Assembly: GCA_938074535.1 (NCBI GenBank)
Contig: CALJER010000016.1
Coordinates: 7,816 to 71,815 of the forward strand
Direction: 5' to 3'
DNA length: 64,000 nucleotides
DNA from: an uncultured archaeon
Lineage (GTDB): Archaea; Hadarchaeota; Hadarchaeia; Hadarchaeales; WYZ-LMO6
The notes beneath the pieces are model-generated. The model made no database searches. It saw nothing but the letters and a program-made list of their open reading frames with translations, and was not told the origin of the DNA. This document shows positions 26,824 through 37,345 of the stretch, piece by piece. The position numbers were made by a program, and so were the translations under genes. Within the stretch, counting starts at the first letter, position 1. Each line of letters begins with the position of its first letter.

Positions 26824-27546
26824 CTACTTCAGCTTGGAGAGGTAGCCGGCAATTTCCTCCGTGGTGAGTTTCTGGAACCTTCTGGTTTTGAGGGGAATCA
26901 CGGCCACCTCCAGCTTGGTGGGTTCGAGCTCCCCTTCTATGACCAGCTTCAGGGCCCTGAAGGCCAGCAGCACAGCTTCCTCCAAGCTCATTTTGTCTCC
27001 GTACTCTTTCTCCAGGAACTCGAGCACGGTGGGGGCCCCACCCCCTATGGCCTGCGCCTTGTAAGCTGCCACCACCCCGCTGGGGTCGGTCTCGAAGAGG
27101 TGTGGCCCATCCCTGTCCACTCCGCCTATCAGCAGTCTGGCCCCGAAGGGTCTCACCCCTCCGTGCTGGGTGTAAAGCTGCTTCAGGTCCCCTATGTGTC
27201 TGGCTATGGATTGTACGCTAGCGGGTTCGTCGTACCTGAGCCTGTTTATCTGGGCCTCTATCCTGGCGTTCTCGATCAGGACTCTGGCGTCGGCTATGAG
27301 TCCCGAGGCGGCTGCACCCACATGCTCGTCTATCTGGAAAATTTTTTCAATGGAGAACTCCTCGGCCAGTCTGTTCCTCAGCCTCCTCTCGGCGGAAAGA
27401 ACCACCCCATCCCTGGCTTTTATCCCCAGCGCGGTTAGACCCTTCTTCACGGCCTCCTGGGCATACTGCACCTGGAACAGCTTTCCGTCAGGACTGAAGA
27501 CCGTTATGGCCCGGTCGTATCCCGCTCCCGGTGGTGCGAAAACCAT
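26824..27546 (-). CDS. psmA: Proteasome subunit alpha
   Basis: ORF track 240 aa: YDRAITVFSPDGKLFQVQYAQEAVKKG. Confidence 0.93.
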   Translation of the reverse strand: MVFAPPGAGYDRAITVFSPDGKLFQVQYAQEAVKKGLTALGIKARDGVVLSAERRLRNRLAEEFSIEKIFQIDEHVGAAASGLIADARVLIENARIEAQINRLRYDEPASVQSIARHIGDLKQLYTQHGGVRPFGARLLIGGVDRDGPHLFETDPSGVVAAYKAQAIGGGAPTVLEFLEKEYGDKMSLEEAVLLAFRALKLVIEGELEPTKLEVAVIPLKTRRFQKLTTEEIAGYLSKLK

Positions 27547-27571
27547 ACAGGTCTTACCTACTGGGTGGGGT

Positions 27572-27581
27572 CTATATTTAA
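27572..27581 (-). promoter_or_regulatory. TATA box (TTAAATATAG, minus sense) upstream of psmA
   Basis: Read directly in the 115-nt gap, about 26-35 nt upstream of the psmA ATG at 27546. Confidence 0.45.
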
Positions 27582-27661
27582 CTTCATCGTTGAGTGCCTT
27601 CCCAAAGGGGGTTCACCCTCTTCTAGGTCCCTTGCTGGACGCCGAGTTGAGATGCGGTGGA

Positions 27662-27943
27662 CTAGCCCAACGGTGAGCAGCCCTTTCTGGTCAGGAACCT
27701 GCCCGCCCCCTTTATGGTGCCTGAGACCCCAACGATTCTCACGCCCTTGAGGGAGAGAAACCTTTTGATTCCCTCCACCCGTGTGTGTTCACACCGGAGA
27801 AGAACCAGGTTGGGTCCAAGGGGGAGGAACTTCGGCTCTTCTGGGCCCAGGTTGGGCTCTTCGGCCAGCAGGACCTGCAGGTGCTCCCTGCTTATCTCCC
27901 CCCCAGGCTCCAGAATCAGGTACCTCCTCCTGGTCCTCTTCAT
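27662..27943 (-). CDS. RNase P protein component Pop5 (Rpp14), short form, 93 aa
   Basis: Internal ATG of track ORF 27662..28054; ATGA overlap with the upstream DUF54 gene. RRRYLIL, VLLRCEHTRV and RIVGVSGTIKGA match the archaeal Pop5 pattern. Confidence 0.7.
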   Translation of the reverse strand: MKRTRRRYLILEPGGEISREHLQVLLAEEPNLGPEEPKFLPLGPNLVLLRCEHTRVEGIKRFLSLKGVRIVGVSGTIKGAGRFLTRKGCSPLG

Positions 27944-28374
27944 TTTTGCTTCCCCAGGGATCTGAGGACTTCTGAGAGCTCCCCGGCTCTGGAGGAACCC
28001 CCTTCTATCCTCAGGTTTAGGTGTATTACCTCGTCCCCCTTCCCCAGCACCCACCTGCCCAGACAGGCTTCTTGCTTGTCGAGCCTCAGGTAGAGGTTCC
28101 CGCGCCTGTCCATGCGGCTTTCCAGGCCTGAGAGTAGAGCTTCCCTGTCTTCAAGCTTCCGGAGGAGAGAGGAGAGCATTTCCTCCACCTCTCTCCCGCC
28201 CTTTACCCTGGCTTCCAGCATGGAGAGGGGATTGCCGTGGTGTCCCTCCATCTCGATCTTCTTCTCCTTGGTCCCCGCGGGAAGGAGGTTCCTGAGAACC
28301 CCCGACAGCTTCCCCTCATCCTCGGTGGCGTGCACCAGGACCCTTACCCTGACCTCACGCACGGGGAGCCTCAT
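27940..28374 (-). CDS. DUF54 / COG1325 RNA-binding protein (predicted exosome-associated subunit)
   Basis: ORF track 144 aa. N-terminal VRVRVLVHATEDEGKL motif. Conserved neighbour of L15e in the superoperon. Confidence 0.65.
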   Translation of the reverse strand: MRLPVREVRVRVLVHATEDEGKLSGVLRNLLPAGTKEKKIEMEGHHGNPLSMLEARVKGGREVEEMLSSLLRKLEDREALLSGLESRMDRRGNLYLRLDKQEACLGRWVLGKGDEVIHLNLRIEGGSSRAGELSEVLRSLGKQK

Positions 28375-28412
28375 CCAGGGTTAAAGAGGTACCCGGGGGG
28401 AAAAACCTTAGC

Positions 28413-28856
28413 CTAGAGCCCCCTGCTCTTTCTTCCGGCCGAGGTCAGTCCCCTGAAGACCCTTCCCCTGGCCTTTATCTGGGAGAGCTGCGGGTCGCTC
28501 CTTATGACGGGGTGGTGGGGATCGATCAGTATCACCTCGAAGTACTCGCTTCTTCCGTCGGAGTCCACCCAGTAGGAGTTGAGAACCTCCAGGTTGGGAT
28601 ACTTCCTGGCCGCCCTCTCCTCCGCTATCCACTGAAGGCTCTTGGCTGGCGTGAACTTCAGGACCCCCATCCTGCGGGGCTTCCTTCCCCTCGCGGGCCT
28701 GGGTTTTCTCCTCCCACCCTTCCTCACCCTCACCCTCACCACTACCACGCCCTGCTTGTCCTTGTACCCCAGCGCCCTGGCCCTCCTGAGCTTGGTGGGT
28801 TTAGGAATCCTTACCACGGAGGGCTCCCTTCCGGACCGCACTTTCCCAGGGTTCAT
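28413..28856 (-). CDS. rpl15e: Ribosomal protein L15e, N- and C-terminally short (147 aa)
   Basis: ORF track 147 aa. [50 protein letters not shown] and DPHHPVI motifs. The ATG overlaps the serA-like stop (ATGA). Confidence 0.85.
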   Translation of the reverse strand: MNPGKVRSGREPSVVRIPKPTKLRRARALGYKDKQGVVVVRVRVRKGGRRKPRPARGRKPRRMGVLKFTPAKSLQWIAEERAARKYPNLEVLNSYWVDSDGRSEYFEVILIDPHHPVIRSDPQLSQIKARGRVFRGLTSAGRKSRGL

Positions 28857-29776
28857 TCCTTCCCTCCACCCATCAGCTCCTTTATTTTCTGGGAGAGGAT
28901 GAGGGCTATGTTCCGCTGTGCTTCGACGGTGGAGGCACCCAGGTGCGGGGTGGGAATTACGTGCTCCATGGACAGGAGTTCCAAGTTCTTAGTGGGTTCC
29001 TCCTCGAAGACGTCGAGGCAGGCCCCCGCTATCCACCCTTCCCTGAGGGCCCTAACGAGGGCCTTCTCGTCCACGATCTTCCCCCTGGAGGTGTTCACCA
29101 GCACGGCGGTGGGCTTCATGAGGGAGAGCTCCTTCTCCCCTATCATCCCTTCCGTTTGGGGGGTGAGGGGAACATGGAGGGTCACGAAATCAGCTTCCCT
29201 GAGGAGGGCTGGGAGGTCCACGTACCTTACTCCCTCCCTCTCCATCTCTTCCCTCTTCACGATGTCGTATCCCAGCACCCTCATCCCGAAGGCCAGAGCC
29301 TTGCGGGCCACCTCCCCGCCTATCCTTCCCACCCCTATCACCCCTAGAGTTTTTCCCTTGAGCTCCGTCCCTATGAACTTCTCCTTCTTCCATTTTCCCT
29401 CCTTGAGCTCCCTGCAGGCCTGGGGGATCTTCCTTGCCCAGCAGAGCATCAGCCCCATCACCAGCTCAGCCACTGCGGTCTTGGAGGCCTCAGGGGCATA
29501 AACCACCTTTATGCCCCTCTCCTCCGCGGCCTTCACATCGATGTTGTCTATCCCCACACCTGCCCTGGCCACCAGCTTGAGCTTTTTTCCTGCCTCCATC
29601 ACCTTCTTGGTGACTTTGGTGGAGCCCCTCACTATCAAAACCTCGCACCCCTCTACCTCCTTGCAGAGCTCTTCCTCGGAGAGCCTGGGCTTGATCACCA
29701 CCTCTCCCAGCTTCTCCATTTCTCTGGCAAACTCGGGCGAGACGTGGTCGGCCACCAAGATTTTCAGGCTTCCCAC
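28853..29776 (-). CDS. D-isomer-specific 2-hydroxyacid dehydrogenase (SerA-like, no ACT domain)
   Basis: ORF track 307 aa. [20 protein letters not shown]-binding motif and C-terminal TPHLGAST. Confidence 0.85.
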   Translation of the reverse strand: MGSLKILVADHVSPEFAREMEKLGEVVIKPRLSEEELCKEVEGCEVLIVRGSTKVTKKVMEAGKKLKLVARAGVGIDNIDVKAAEERGIKVVYAPEASKTAVAELVMGLMLCWARKIPQACRELKEGKWKKEKFIGTELKGKTLGVIGVGRIGGEVARKALAFGMRVLGYDIVKREEMEREGVRYVDLPALLREADFVTLHVPLTPQTEGMIGEKELSLMKPTAVLVNTSRGKIVDEKALVRALREGWIAGACLDVFEEEPTKNLELLSMEHVIPTPHLGASTVEAQRNIALILSQKIKELMGGGKE

Positions 29777-29782
29777 CCCTTC

Positions 29783-30964
29783 CTACAGCCCCCTCTCCCC
29801 GAAGATTTGATAGGGAAGGGTGAAAAGCCTGACCATCCCTTCGGCCTCCCTCTGGTCCAGGCCCTTCTGTTTCACCGACCTCAGCTGGGGCAGGAAGAGG
29901 GAAGAGGGGGACTCCCTCCTCACCACCCTCATCCCCCCTTTGTAGAGCTCCACCTCCACCCTGCCGTTCACGGTCCTCTGGGTGGAGTCGATGAAGGCGT
30001 CCAGATCCTTCTTCAGGGGATGGAGCCAGGAGGCGTGGTAGACCAGGTCGGCCCAGAGCCTGTCCACCTCCCTCTTCACGCGCAGCTGCTCCTTGGTGAG
30101 GGTGAGGTGCTCCAGGTCAGCGTGGGTGTGGAGGAGGATGGTTGCAGCCGGAGCCTCGTACAGCTCCCTCGACTTCAGGCCGAGCATGCCGTCCTCCAGG
30201 ATGTCGATGATTCCTATCCCGTTCTTCCCCCCCACTTCGTTGAGGTAAAAAATCATCTCCACAGGGTCCCTTATCCCATCCACCTCCACGGGTATTCCCT
30301 TCTCGTAGGTGATGCTGACCACCGTGGGCCTGTCTGGAGCCTTTTCGGGCGGAACAACCCAAAGGTAGTCCTCGGGGTACTGGGAGAAGAGGTCCTCCAC
30401 CTGCCCGCTACCCATGGAGTGGGACCACATGTTGACGTCACCCCCCAGCTTGCCCTTGGGCCTCTTGGGCTCCACACCCCTTTCCCTGAGCATCTCCTCC
30501 TCTTCCGCCCTGGAAAGGTTGAGTTCCCTCACGGGTGCGATGATCCTGAGGTTGGGCAGGTAGTACCTGAAGACGGACTCCACCCTGAACTGGTCGTTGC
30601 CCTTCCCGGTGCATCCGTGGGCCACCGCTTCCGCCCCTTCCTTCTTGGCCACCTCCGCCACCTTCGTGGCTATCAGCACCCTGCTCATGGAGGTACCCAC
30701 GGGATAGCCCTCGTAGCTTCCGTTGGCCTTGATGCACCGGTGGATGTATTCCGTGACGAACTCCTTCTTGGCATCTATGAACCGGACCTGGGCTCCCAGC
30801 TTCTCCGCCCTCTCGAAGCCTATCCTGATCTCCTCCTCCCCCTGACCCACATCCACCAAAACGGGTATCACCTCGTCGTAGCCGTACCTCTCCCTCAGAA
30901 GGGCGATCAGCAGGGTGGAGTCGAGCCCACCCGAGTATGCCAGCGCCACCTTTTTACCCGGCAT
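29783..30964 (-). CDS. argG: Argininosuccinate synthase (copy 1, next to argH)
   Basis: ORF track 393 aa. AYSGGLDST PP-loop, AHGCTGKGNDQFR, KSRELYEAPAA. Confidence 0.88.
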   Translation of the reverse strand: MPGKKVALAYSGGLDSTLLIALLRERYGYDEVIPVLVDVGQGEEEIRIGFERAEKLGAQVRFIDAKKEFVTEYIHRCIKANGSYEGYPVGTSMSRVLIATKVAEVAKKEGAEAVAHGCTGKGNDQFRVESVFRYYLPNLRIIAPVRELNLSRAEEEEMLRERGVEPKRPKGKLGGDVNMWSHSMGSGQVEDLFSQYPEDYLWVVPPEKAPDRPTVVSITYEKGIPVEVDGIRDPVEMIFYLNEVGGKNGIGIIDILEDGMLGLKSRELYEAPAATILLHTHADLEHLTLTKEQLRVKREVDRLWADLVYHASWLHPLKKDLDAFIDSTQRTVNGRVEVELYKGGMRVVRRESPSSLFLPQLRSVKQKGLDQREAEGMVRLFTLPYQIFGERGL

Positions 30965-30977
30965 TCCCTTCTTTTTC

Positions 30978-32477
30978 CTAACTCGATATATAAGTCTTTA
31001 CCTTTTTTTCCAGGTTTTTCTCGGCTTCCTCCACCCTCTTCCTCCTCCGATCCATCATGGCTTTCCTCCTCTTCAGCTCCCTTTTCCTAGCTCTCAGCAT
31101 CCTCCTCACCTCCCTGGGCGAGGGACTCCCCAGGGTCCTCCTCCTCTTCAGGGAGAAGGAGGGATCCAGATACCTGAGCACCCTCCGGTCCATCTTCACC
31201 TTCCTTCCCAGAACCTTCTCCGCTGCCCTCTCCAGGAGTTCCTCAGACAGCTCCTTTACCGTAAGCCCGGAGGAGAGGGCCTCCCGGACCGCCTCCCCCA
31301 CCACTGCGTGTGCCTGCCTGAAGGAGAGCCCGGCCTCCCTCACCAGGCCCTCCGCCAGATCCCAGGCGAGCGCCCAGCTGAGGGAGGAAGAGGAAACCAT
31401 CTTCTCCTCCTTCACCTTCATGGTTTCCAGGGCCCCCTTCATGATCTCCAAGCAGCTCCTGGTCTCGTCCAGGCACCTCCAGAGGGGCGGCTTCACCTGC
31501 TGCAGGTCCCTGTTGTATCCGCTCGGAAGGCCCTTCAGGAGGGTGAGGAGGGAATGAAGGGATCCGTGGACCTCCCCCGCCTTTCCCCTTATCAGTTCCA
31601 GCGTACACGGGTTCTTCTTCTGGGGCATGGCGCTGGAGGTGGAGGAGTACTCGTCGGAGAGCTCCACATACCCGAACTCCTGGGTGGACCACAGGATGAG
31701 GTCCTCCGCCATTCTGCTCAAGTGAGTCATGAGGAGGCTCATACAGGCCGCCGCTTCCAGCACGGCGTCCCTTGAGCTCACCGCGTCGAGGGAGTTCTCC
31801 ACCAGCCCCTCGAAGCCCAGGAGGGAAGCGATTCTTCTCCTGTTCAGGGGGAAGGTGGATCCCCCCACCGCCCCACCTCCCAGCGGGCAGAGGTTCACCC
31901 TGCGGTAGCAGTCCTCCATCCTGTCGAAGTCCCTCAGGAGGAGGTCGACCTGAGCCAGCAGGTAGTGCCCCAGCGTTCCAAGCTGGGCATGCTGGGTGTG
32001 GGTGAGGAGGATGAGGGGGGTCTTCTGGTGTTTTTCCGCCTTCCTGAGGAGGACCTCCGCCAGCTCGAGGATGGAGGCGGAAACAAGGTTCAGCTCCTTC
32101 CTGAGCCTCAGCCTGAGGTCCAGGGCCACCTGGTCGTTCCTCGATCTCCCCGTGTGGAGCTTTCCGCCCGTCTCCATTCCCACCTCCGCTATTACCCTGG
32201 CTTCCAGAAGCTCGTGCACATCCTCAAACTTCCCCTCCGCCTTCAGCCTTCCTTTCCTGTAGTCCTCCCTCGCTCTCTCCAGCGAGGAGAGGATGGCTTT
32301 GAGCTCCTGTAGGGAGAGGATTCCCTGCTCGTGGAGCATGATCTCATGGGCCTCCGTTCCGTCTATATCGTCTTCTATCATCCTCTCGTCCTCCCTGAGG
32401 GAGGAAACGAACTTCCAGACCTCCTCCCTCAACTCCTTCGAGAGCCTGGCCCTGTAGATCCCTTTCTCATCCCCCAT
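30978..32477 (-). CDS. argH: Argininosuccinate lyase with a basic C-terminal extension
   Basis: ORF track 499 aa. [10 protein letters not shown] and [10 protein letters not shown] signatures. The last 60 aa or so are Arg/Lys-rich. Confidence 0.9.
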   Translation of the reverse strand: MGDEKGIYRARLSKELREEVWKFVSSLREDERMIEDDIDGTEAHEIMLHEQGILSLQELKAILSSLERAREDYRKGRLKAEGKFEDVHELLEARVIAEVGMETGGKLHTGRSRNDQVALDLRLRLRKELNLVSASILELAEVLLRKAEKHQKTPLILLTHTQHAQLGTLGHYLLAQVDLLLRDFDRMEDCYRRVNLCPLGGGAVGGSTFPLNRRRIASLLGFEGLVENSLDAVSSRDAVLEAAACMSLLMTHLSRMAEDLILWSTQEFGYVELSDEYSSTSSAMPQKKNPCTLELIRGKAGEVHGSLHSLLTLLKGLPSGYNRDLQQVKPPLWRCLDETRSCLEIMKGALETMKVKEEKMVSSSSLSWALAWDLAEGLVREAGLSFRQAHAVVGEAVREALSSGLTVKELSEELLERAAEKVLGRKVKMDRRVLRYLDPSFSLKRRRTLGSPSPREVRRMLRARKRELKRRKAMMDRRRKRVEEAEKNLEKKVKTYISS

Positions 32478-33600
32478 GGATTTCCCTCAGCTTTCTGACC
32501 ACCGCCTCTCCCACCTCGTGGGTCTTGGAGGTCCCTCCCAGATCGTAAGTCAGGTGCTTCCCCTCCCTGAGCACCTCCCTCACGGCGCTCTCCACGAGCT
32601 GCGAGGCCTCTCTCTCCCCGAGCTCCTCCAGCATCATCTTTCCTGCCAGGATGGTGGCCAGGGGGTTGGCCACTCCCTTGCCCGCATACTTAGGTGCAGA
32701 GCCGTGGATGGGCTCGAACATGCTTACTCCTTCCGGGTTCAGGTTCCCGCCCGGCGCCAGACCCATCCCCCCCTGGAGCATCGCTCCAAGATCGGTTATG
32801 ATGTCCCCGAACATGTTGGGGGTAACCACCACCTCATACCACTCCGGGTTTTTCACCATCCACATGGTCATGGCGTCCACGAAGGCCAGCTCCGTCTCTA
32901 TCTCCGGGTATCCTTTCGCCACCTCCTGAAAGACCTCCCTCCACAGTCCATAAACGTGGGTGAGGACGTTGGCCTTGTCCACGGCTGTAACCTTCCTCCT
33001 TCCCTCCCTTTTGGCCAGCTCGAAGGCGTACCTTATAACCCTCTCCGCGCCCTTTCTGCTCATCACCCCCAGCTGGTAAGCTATCTCCTCCCTGTCGCTC
33101 TCCACATCCATCCCCAGCTTAAGCTGGTACAGCTCTCTCACCATGCGGTGCTCTTCCCTCCACCTGCCCCTTCCCCTTCCTCCCAGTCCCACGTAGAAGT
33201 CCTCCGTGTTCTCCCTCACCACGTAGAAGTCTATGTCCTCCGGTTTTTTGTCCTTCAGGGGACAGGGTGCTCCGGGGTAGAGCTTGATGGGGCGCAGGTT
33301 TACGTACTGGTCGAAGTAGAACCTGAGGGTGAGCAGAAGGCCCCTCTCCAGCACCCCGGTGGGTATCCTGGGGTCACCCACCGCTCCAAGGTAGATGGCG
33401 TCGAACCTGGAGAGCTCCTTAAGGTCCTCCTCCTCCAGGAGCTTTCCCGTTTTGAGATAGTACTCCCCCCCGTAGGGGAACTCCTCCAGGGAGAGCTCCA
33501 CTCCGGCGAGCTCACAGGCAGCCTGGAGGACCTTCACCCCTTCCCTCATCACCTCGGGCCCTATGCCATCCCCAGGTATGACCGCGATCTTGTAGCCCAT
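32467..33600 (-). CDS. leuB: 3-isopropylmalate dehydrogenase family (LeuB/homoisocitrate dehydrogenase-like)
   Basis: Track ORF 32467..33609 (TTG); ATG at 33600 gives [21 protein letters not shown] and VRENTEDFY motifs. Confidence 0.85.
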   Translation of the reverse strand: MGYKIAVIPGDGIGPEVMREGVKVLQAACELAGVELSLEEFPYGGEYYLKTGKLLEEEDLKELSRFDAIYLGAVGDPRIPTGVLERGLLLTLRFYFDQYVNLRPIKLYPGAPCPLKDKKPEDIDFYVVRENTEDFYVGLGGRGRGRWREEHRMVRELYQLKLGMDVESDREEIAYQLGVMSRKGAERVIRYAFELAKREGRRKVTAVDKANVLTHVYGLWREVFQEVAKGYPEIETELAFVDAMTMWMVKNPEWYEVVVTPNMFGDIITDLGAMLQGGMGLAPGGNLNPEGVSMFEPIHGSAPKYAGKGVANPLATILAGKMMLEELGEREASQLVESAVREVLREGKHLTYDLGGTSKTHEVGEAVVRKLREIHGG

Positions 33601-33634
33601 GGGTCCCAATTACCTTGAGGGCTCTCGTTATAAC

Positions 33635-34123
33635 TTATTCCTTCCTCCTGGACTTCAGGTACGGGATGAGGCCCCCAGCCCTGAGGATGGAGACCAGGAA
33701 GTCGGGAAGGGGTTCAGCCTTCCTCTCTATGCCCCTCGTCAAGTTCCTGACCACCCCTCTGACCAGGTCGTACTCGACCTCTTCCCCGGTGGAGAAAGAG
33801 GCCTTCACCCCCTTGCAGATCATCACGGGGAGCCCCTGATTCACAGCGTTCCTAAAAAAAATCCTGGCGAAGGACTCGGCTATGACCGCCCCCACCCCAG
33901 CCCCTTTCAGGGCAAGGGGCGCCTGCTCCCTGCTGGAACCGCATCCGAAGTTTTTCCCGGCTATGATCACGTCTCCCTTCTTCACCCGCGAGGAGAACCC
34001 GGGGAGGAGGTTCTCCAGGGCGTGTTTTCCCAGCTCCTCAGGGCTCCTCTTCACCAGGTATCTTCCAGGTATGATGTCGTCCGTGGACACATCGTCTCCC
34101 AGCACCCAGGCCCTGGGCATCAT
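33635..34123 (-). CDS. leuD: 3-isopropylmalate dehydratase small subunit
   Basis: Internal ATG of track ORF 33635..34252; ATGA overlap with leuC. GKNFGCGSSREQAP motif. Confidence 0.88.
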   Translation of the reverse strand: MMPRAWVLGDDVSTDDIIPGRYLVKRSPEELGKHALENLLPGFSSRVKKGDVIIAGKNFGCGSSREQAPLALKGAGVGAVIAESFARIFFRNAVNQGLPVMICKGVKASFSTGEEVEYDLVRGVVRNLTRGIERKAEPLPDFLVSILRAGGLIPYLKSRRKE

Positions 34124-35355
34124 ACCTCCCTCGGATCGGTCAGCTTTCCCCTGAGGGCGGAGGCCGCCACCGTGGCGGGGGAGGCCAGGTAAATCTCGGC
34201 CTCTGGGCTTCCCATCCTTCCCCTGAAGTTCCGGTTGGAGGAGGACACACACACCTCTCCGGGGGCCAGCACGCCTATGTAGCTCCCCATGCAGGCCCCG
34301 CAGCCCGGCGGCCCCAGAATGGCCCCAGCCCTCACCAGCCTCTCTATCACACCGAGCCTAAGGGCCTCCAGATAGGTCTCCCTGGAGGAGGGAACTACCA
34401 GCATCCGCACGCGCGGATGGATTTTTCTCCCTTTCAGGATTTTCGCCGCTTCTATCAGATCCTCGGTTCTGCCGTTGGTGCAGCTCCCCAGGAAAGCCTG
34501 GTCTATCTCCCTTCCCTCCACCTCCCTTACGGGTTTCACGTTATCCACCCTGTGTGGGCAGGCCACCTGGGGCTCTATCCGGGAGAGGGAGCAAGTCCTC
34601 TCATCGGCGTACTCCGCCTTGGGGTCGCTCCTCACCTCCTTGAAGGGGAACCTCGCTCTCTTCTCCACGTACCTGCGGGTCAAAGCGTCGGGGGCCACGA
34701 GGGCAGTCTTGGCCCCCATCTCCACTCCCATGTTGCACAGGGTCATCCTTCCCCCGATGCTCATCCTCCTCACTCCCTCACCCTGGAACTCCAAGGCCTG
34801 ATAGGTGGCCCCGTCCGCCCCTATCTCGCCCACCAGCTGGAGGATGACATCTTTGGGGTAGACCCTTCTCCCCAGCTTTCCCTCCAGTACGATTTTCACA
34901 CTCTCCGGGACTCTGAGCCACAGCCTGCCCGAAGCCATGGCCGCCGCCAGATCCGTTGATCCCACCCCCGTGGCGAAGCTCCCGAAAGCACCGTACGTGC
35001 AGGTGTGCGAGTCAGCCCCCAGGATGAGGAGACCAGGGAGGGCGAAACCCTTCTCGGGGAGCACCTGGTGGCAAATCCCCTCGGCGAAGAGGTTCTCAAT
35101 TCCCTGCTCCCTCGCGAACTTCCGCATCATGTCGTGGTCTCTGGCTATCTCTGTGGAGTTGGCAGGCATCTGGTGGTCGAAGATTATCACCACCCTGGAG
35201 GGGTCCCACACCCTTTCGGCTATCTCCCTTAGGCTCTCTATGGCCAGGGGGCCGGTGATGTCGTTCATCATCACCACGTCCACCCTAGCTTCCACGATTT
35301 CTCCGGGTTCCACCCGTTCCTTCCCGGCCTTCCTGGCCAGGAGCTTTTCGGCCAT
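34120..35355 (-). CDS. leuC: 3-isopropylmalate dehydratase large subunit (aconitase family)
   Basis: ORF track 411 aa. GADSHTCTYGA, GSCTNGR and CGACMG cluster ligands. Confidence 0.9.
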   Translation of the reverse strand: MAEKLLARKAGKERVEPGEIVEARVDVVMMNDITGPLAIESLREIAERVWDPSRVVIIFDHQMPANSTEIARDHDMMRKFAREQGIENLFAEGICHQVLPEKGFALPGLLILGADSHTCTYGAFGSFATGVGSTDLAAAMASGRLWLRVPESVKIVLEGKLGRRVYPKDVILQLVGEIGADGATYQALEFQGEGVRRMSIGGRMTLCNMGVEMGAKTALVAPDALTRRYVEKRARFPFKEVRSDPKAEYADERTCSLSRIEPQVACPHRVDNVKPVREVEGREIDQAFLGSCTNGRTEDLIEAAKILKGRKIHPRVRMLVVPSSRETYLEALRLGVIERLVRAGAILGPPGCGACMGSYIGVLAPGEVCVSSSNRNFRGRMGSPEAEIYLASPATVAASALRGKLTDPREV

Positions 35356-35371
35356 GCATCCTGCCAGGGTT

Positions 35372-37021
35372 TCACCTCCTCACGGCGCCCTCGGCGGCCG
35401 AGCTGGCATGTTCGGCGTAGAACTTCAAGTATCCCTTCAGGGACTTTTCCCTCGGCTTGAAGGTTTTTTTCCTCTCCTCGAGCAGGCTTTCCTCCACCAG
35501 CAGGTCCAGCCTGCCCTCCCTCGCATCGATGAGGATTTCGTCCCCCTCCTTCACCAGGGCTATGGGCCCGCCCTCCGCCGCTTCGGGGGAAACATGGCCC
35601 ACGCACATCCCCCTCGTTCCCCCTGAAAACCTTCCGTCCGTCACCAGGGCCACCTCCTCCAGCATGCCCATCCCAGCCAGCAGGGAGGTGGCGGAGAGCA
35701 TCTCCCTCATGCCCGGGCCTCCTTTAGGACCTTCATACCTTATCACCACCACTTCCCCTTTCCTGATCCTCCTCTCGGAGATGGCCCTCACCGCGGCCTC
35801 CTCCCCGTCAAAAACTCTGGCTTTCCCGGAGAACCTGAGGTTCCTCAGCCCGGCTATCTTCAACACGGCACCCTTGGGCGCTAGGGTCCCGTAGAGGATG
35901 GCTATTCCTCCCCTCTTCCGGTAGGGCCGTGAAAGGGGTCTTATAACCTCGCTTTCCACCACCTTCACCCCTTTCAGGTTGGACCCCACGGTTGCTCCCG
36001 TCACGGTGAGGGGGGTGCTCTTTATCAGCCTCCCCAGCTGCTTCATGAGGGCGGGAATTCCACCCGCCTCGTGCAGGTCCACCACCATGTGCTCCCCCCC
36101 CGGACGCAGGTTGCAGAGCTGCGGGACCCTCTTGCTGAGCCTGTCGAAGACCTCGAGGGGGAGGCTGATCCCCACCTCCCTGGCTATGGCCGGGAGGTGG
36201 AGCACGGTGTTGGTTGAGCCACCAAGCGCCATGTCCACCACTATGGCGTTCTCGAAGGCGCTCCTGGTCAGGATTTTGCTGGGCTTGATTCCCCTCCTGA
36301 GGAGCTCCATCACCTGCTCCCCCGTCTTCCTGGCAAGTTTGAGCTTCTGGGAGCTCACGGCCGGACAGGTGGCCACTCCAGGCAGGGACATCCCCAGCGC
36401 CTCTATCACGCACGCCATGCTGTTGGCGGTGAACATGCCTGCGCACGAGCCAGGTGTGGGGCAGCAGCGGTCCTCTATCTCCAGTGCTTCTTGCTCCCTC
36501 AACCTCCCGCTCTTCACCTCACCCACGGCCTCGAAAGCGGTAATCACGTCCACCCTTTTCCCCCTCCACTCTCCTGGAAGCATGGGACCTCCCGTGAGCA
36601 TGATGGAGGGAAGGTCGACCCTGGCCAGAGCCATGAGCATACCCGGCTCCACCTTGTCGCAGCTTGAGATGGCTACCACCCCGTCGAAGCGGTGGGCCTC
36701 GAGCATGACCTCGAGGCTGTCCGCTATAACTTCCCTTGAGGGCAGGGAGTAGCGCATTCCCTCGGTCCCCATGCAGATGCCGTCGCAGATGGCTATGGTG
36801 TTGAATTCCATGGGGGTGCCACCCGCGCACCTCACCCCCTCCGCCACGGCTTCGGCCAGGGCCCTGAGGTGGACGTGCCCTGGTACCACCCTGTTCCAGG
36901 AATTGGCTATGGCCACGAGCGGGCGGGCGAGGTCGGTGTCGTTGTAACCGCAGGCCTTCAGGAGGGCCCTCTTGGGCAGCCCCTCTATTCCCCCCACCAC
37001 CTCTCTGCTGCGGAGTTTCAT
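35372..37021 (-). CDS. ilvD: Dihydroxy-acid dehydratase
   Basis: ORF track 549 aa. [24 protein letters not shown]. Confidence 0.93.
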   Translation of the reverse strand: MKLRSREVVGGIEGLPKRALLKACGYNDTDLARPLVAIANSWNRVVPGHVHLRALAEAVAEGVRCAGGTPMEFNTIAICDGICMGTEGMRYSLPSREVIADSLEVMLEAHRFDGVVAISSCDKVEPGMLMALARVDLPSIMLTGGPMLPGEWRGKRVDVITAFEAVGEVKSGRLREQEALEIEDRCCPTPGSCAGMFTANSMACVIEALGMSLPGVATCPAVSSQKLKLARKTGEQVMELLRRGIKPSKILTRSAFENAIVVDMALGGSTNTVLHLPAIAREVGISLPLEVFDRLSKRVPQLCNLRPGGEHMVVDLHEAGGIPALMKQLGRLIKSTPLTVTGATVGSNLKGVKVVESEVIRPLSRPYRKRGGIAILYGTLAPKGAVLKIAGLRNLRFSGKARVFDGEEAAVRAISERRIRKGEVVVIRYEGPKGGPGMREMLSATSLLAGMGMLEEVALVTDGRFSGGTRGMCVGHVSPEAAEGGPIALVKEGDEILIDAREGRLDLLVEESLLEERKKTFKPREKSLKGYLKFYAEHASSAAEGAVRR

Positions 37022-37061
37022 CGAGGTCTAAAAAGATTCTTCTCCTGACTTAAAACTTTCA

Positions 37062-37343
37062 CTAGATTGTGTGAGAGAAGCTGAGGCGAGCGATTGCCGA
37101 TTTCACACTTTTACCACTCCAGCGACTCCCAGCACTGCTATGAGCAGACCAGCCATGCAAGCCCAGATATTTCAGCTCTTCTTTGAGGTACTTGAAATGG
37201 GAGAAGAACCCAAAGAAAGAACAAAAGAACAGTTGCCAGGGGTCGTGCGGGCTAAAGGCCCGAAAACCTAAGAATCCTAAAAAACCTAGGAACCCCTGTA
37301 TCCAAAGTCTTTTTTTCTTTCCGTGATTTCGCTTCATTCCCAT
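37062..37343 (-). CDS. Doubtful 93-aa Phe/Gly-rich ORF in the AT-rich spacer between ilvC and ilvD
   Basis: C-terminal part of track ORF 37062..37655; the ATG is 2 nt after the ilvC stop. Product is MGMKRNHGKKKRLWIQGFLGFLGFLGFRAF... AT-rich codon usage is unlike the neighbours, and the GFL repeat derives from 9-nt DNA repeats. Confidence 0.2.
   Translation of the reverse strand: MGMKRNHGKKKRLWIQGFLGFLGFLGFRAFSPHDPWQLFFCSFFGFFSHFKYLKEELKYLGLHGWSAHSSAGSRWSGKSVKSAIARLSFSHTI
37262..37297. repeat. Four degenerate tandem 9-nt units (GAAAACCTA AGAATCCTA AAAAACCTA GGAACCCCT)
   Basis: Read directly in the 324-nt AT-rich ilvC-ilvD spacer. Confidence 0.6.
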
Positions 37344-37345
37344 AA

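Noticed and set aside
28512-31090. Long + strand ORFs 28512..29501 and 29744..31090
   Set aside because: Antisense to the L15e/SerA-like and argG genes, low complexity, no motifs.
32476-33618. 380-aa + strand ORF, an exact-length mirror of leuB
   Set aside because: Shadow ORF. leuB on the minus strand carries the family motifs; this frame is His/Pro/Leu/Gly-rich.
37262-37297. Checked whether the short tandem repeats could be a CRISPR array or mobile-element terminus
   Set aside because: The units are only 9 nt, contiguous with no spacers, and degenerate. No cas, transposase or inverted terminal repeats are nearby.
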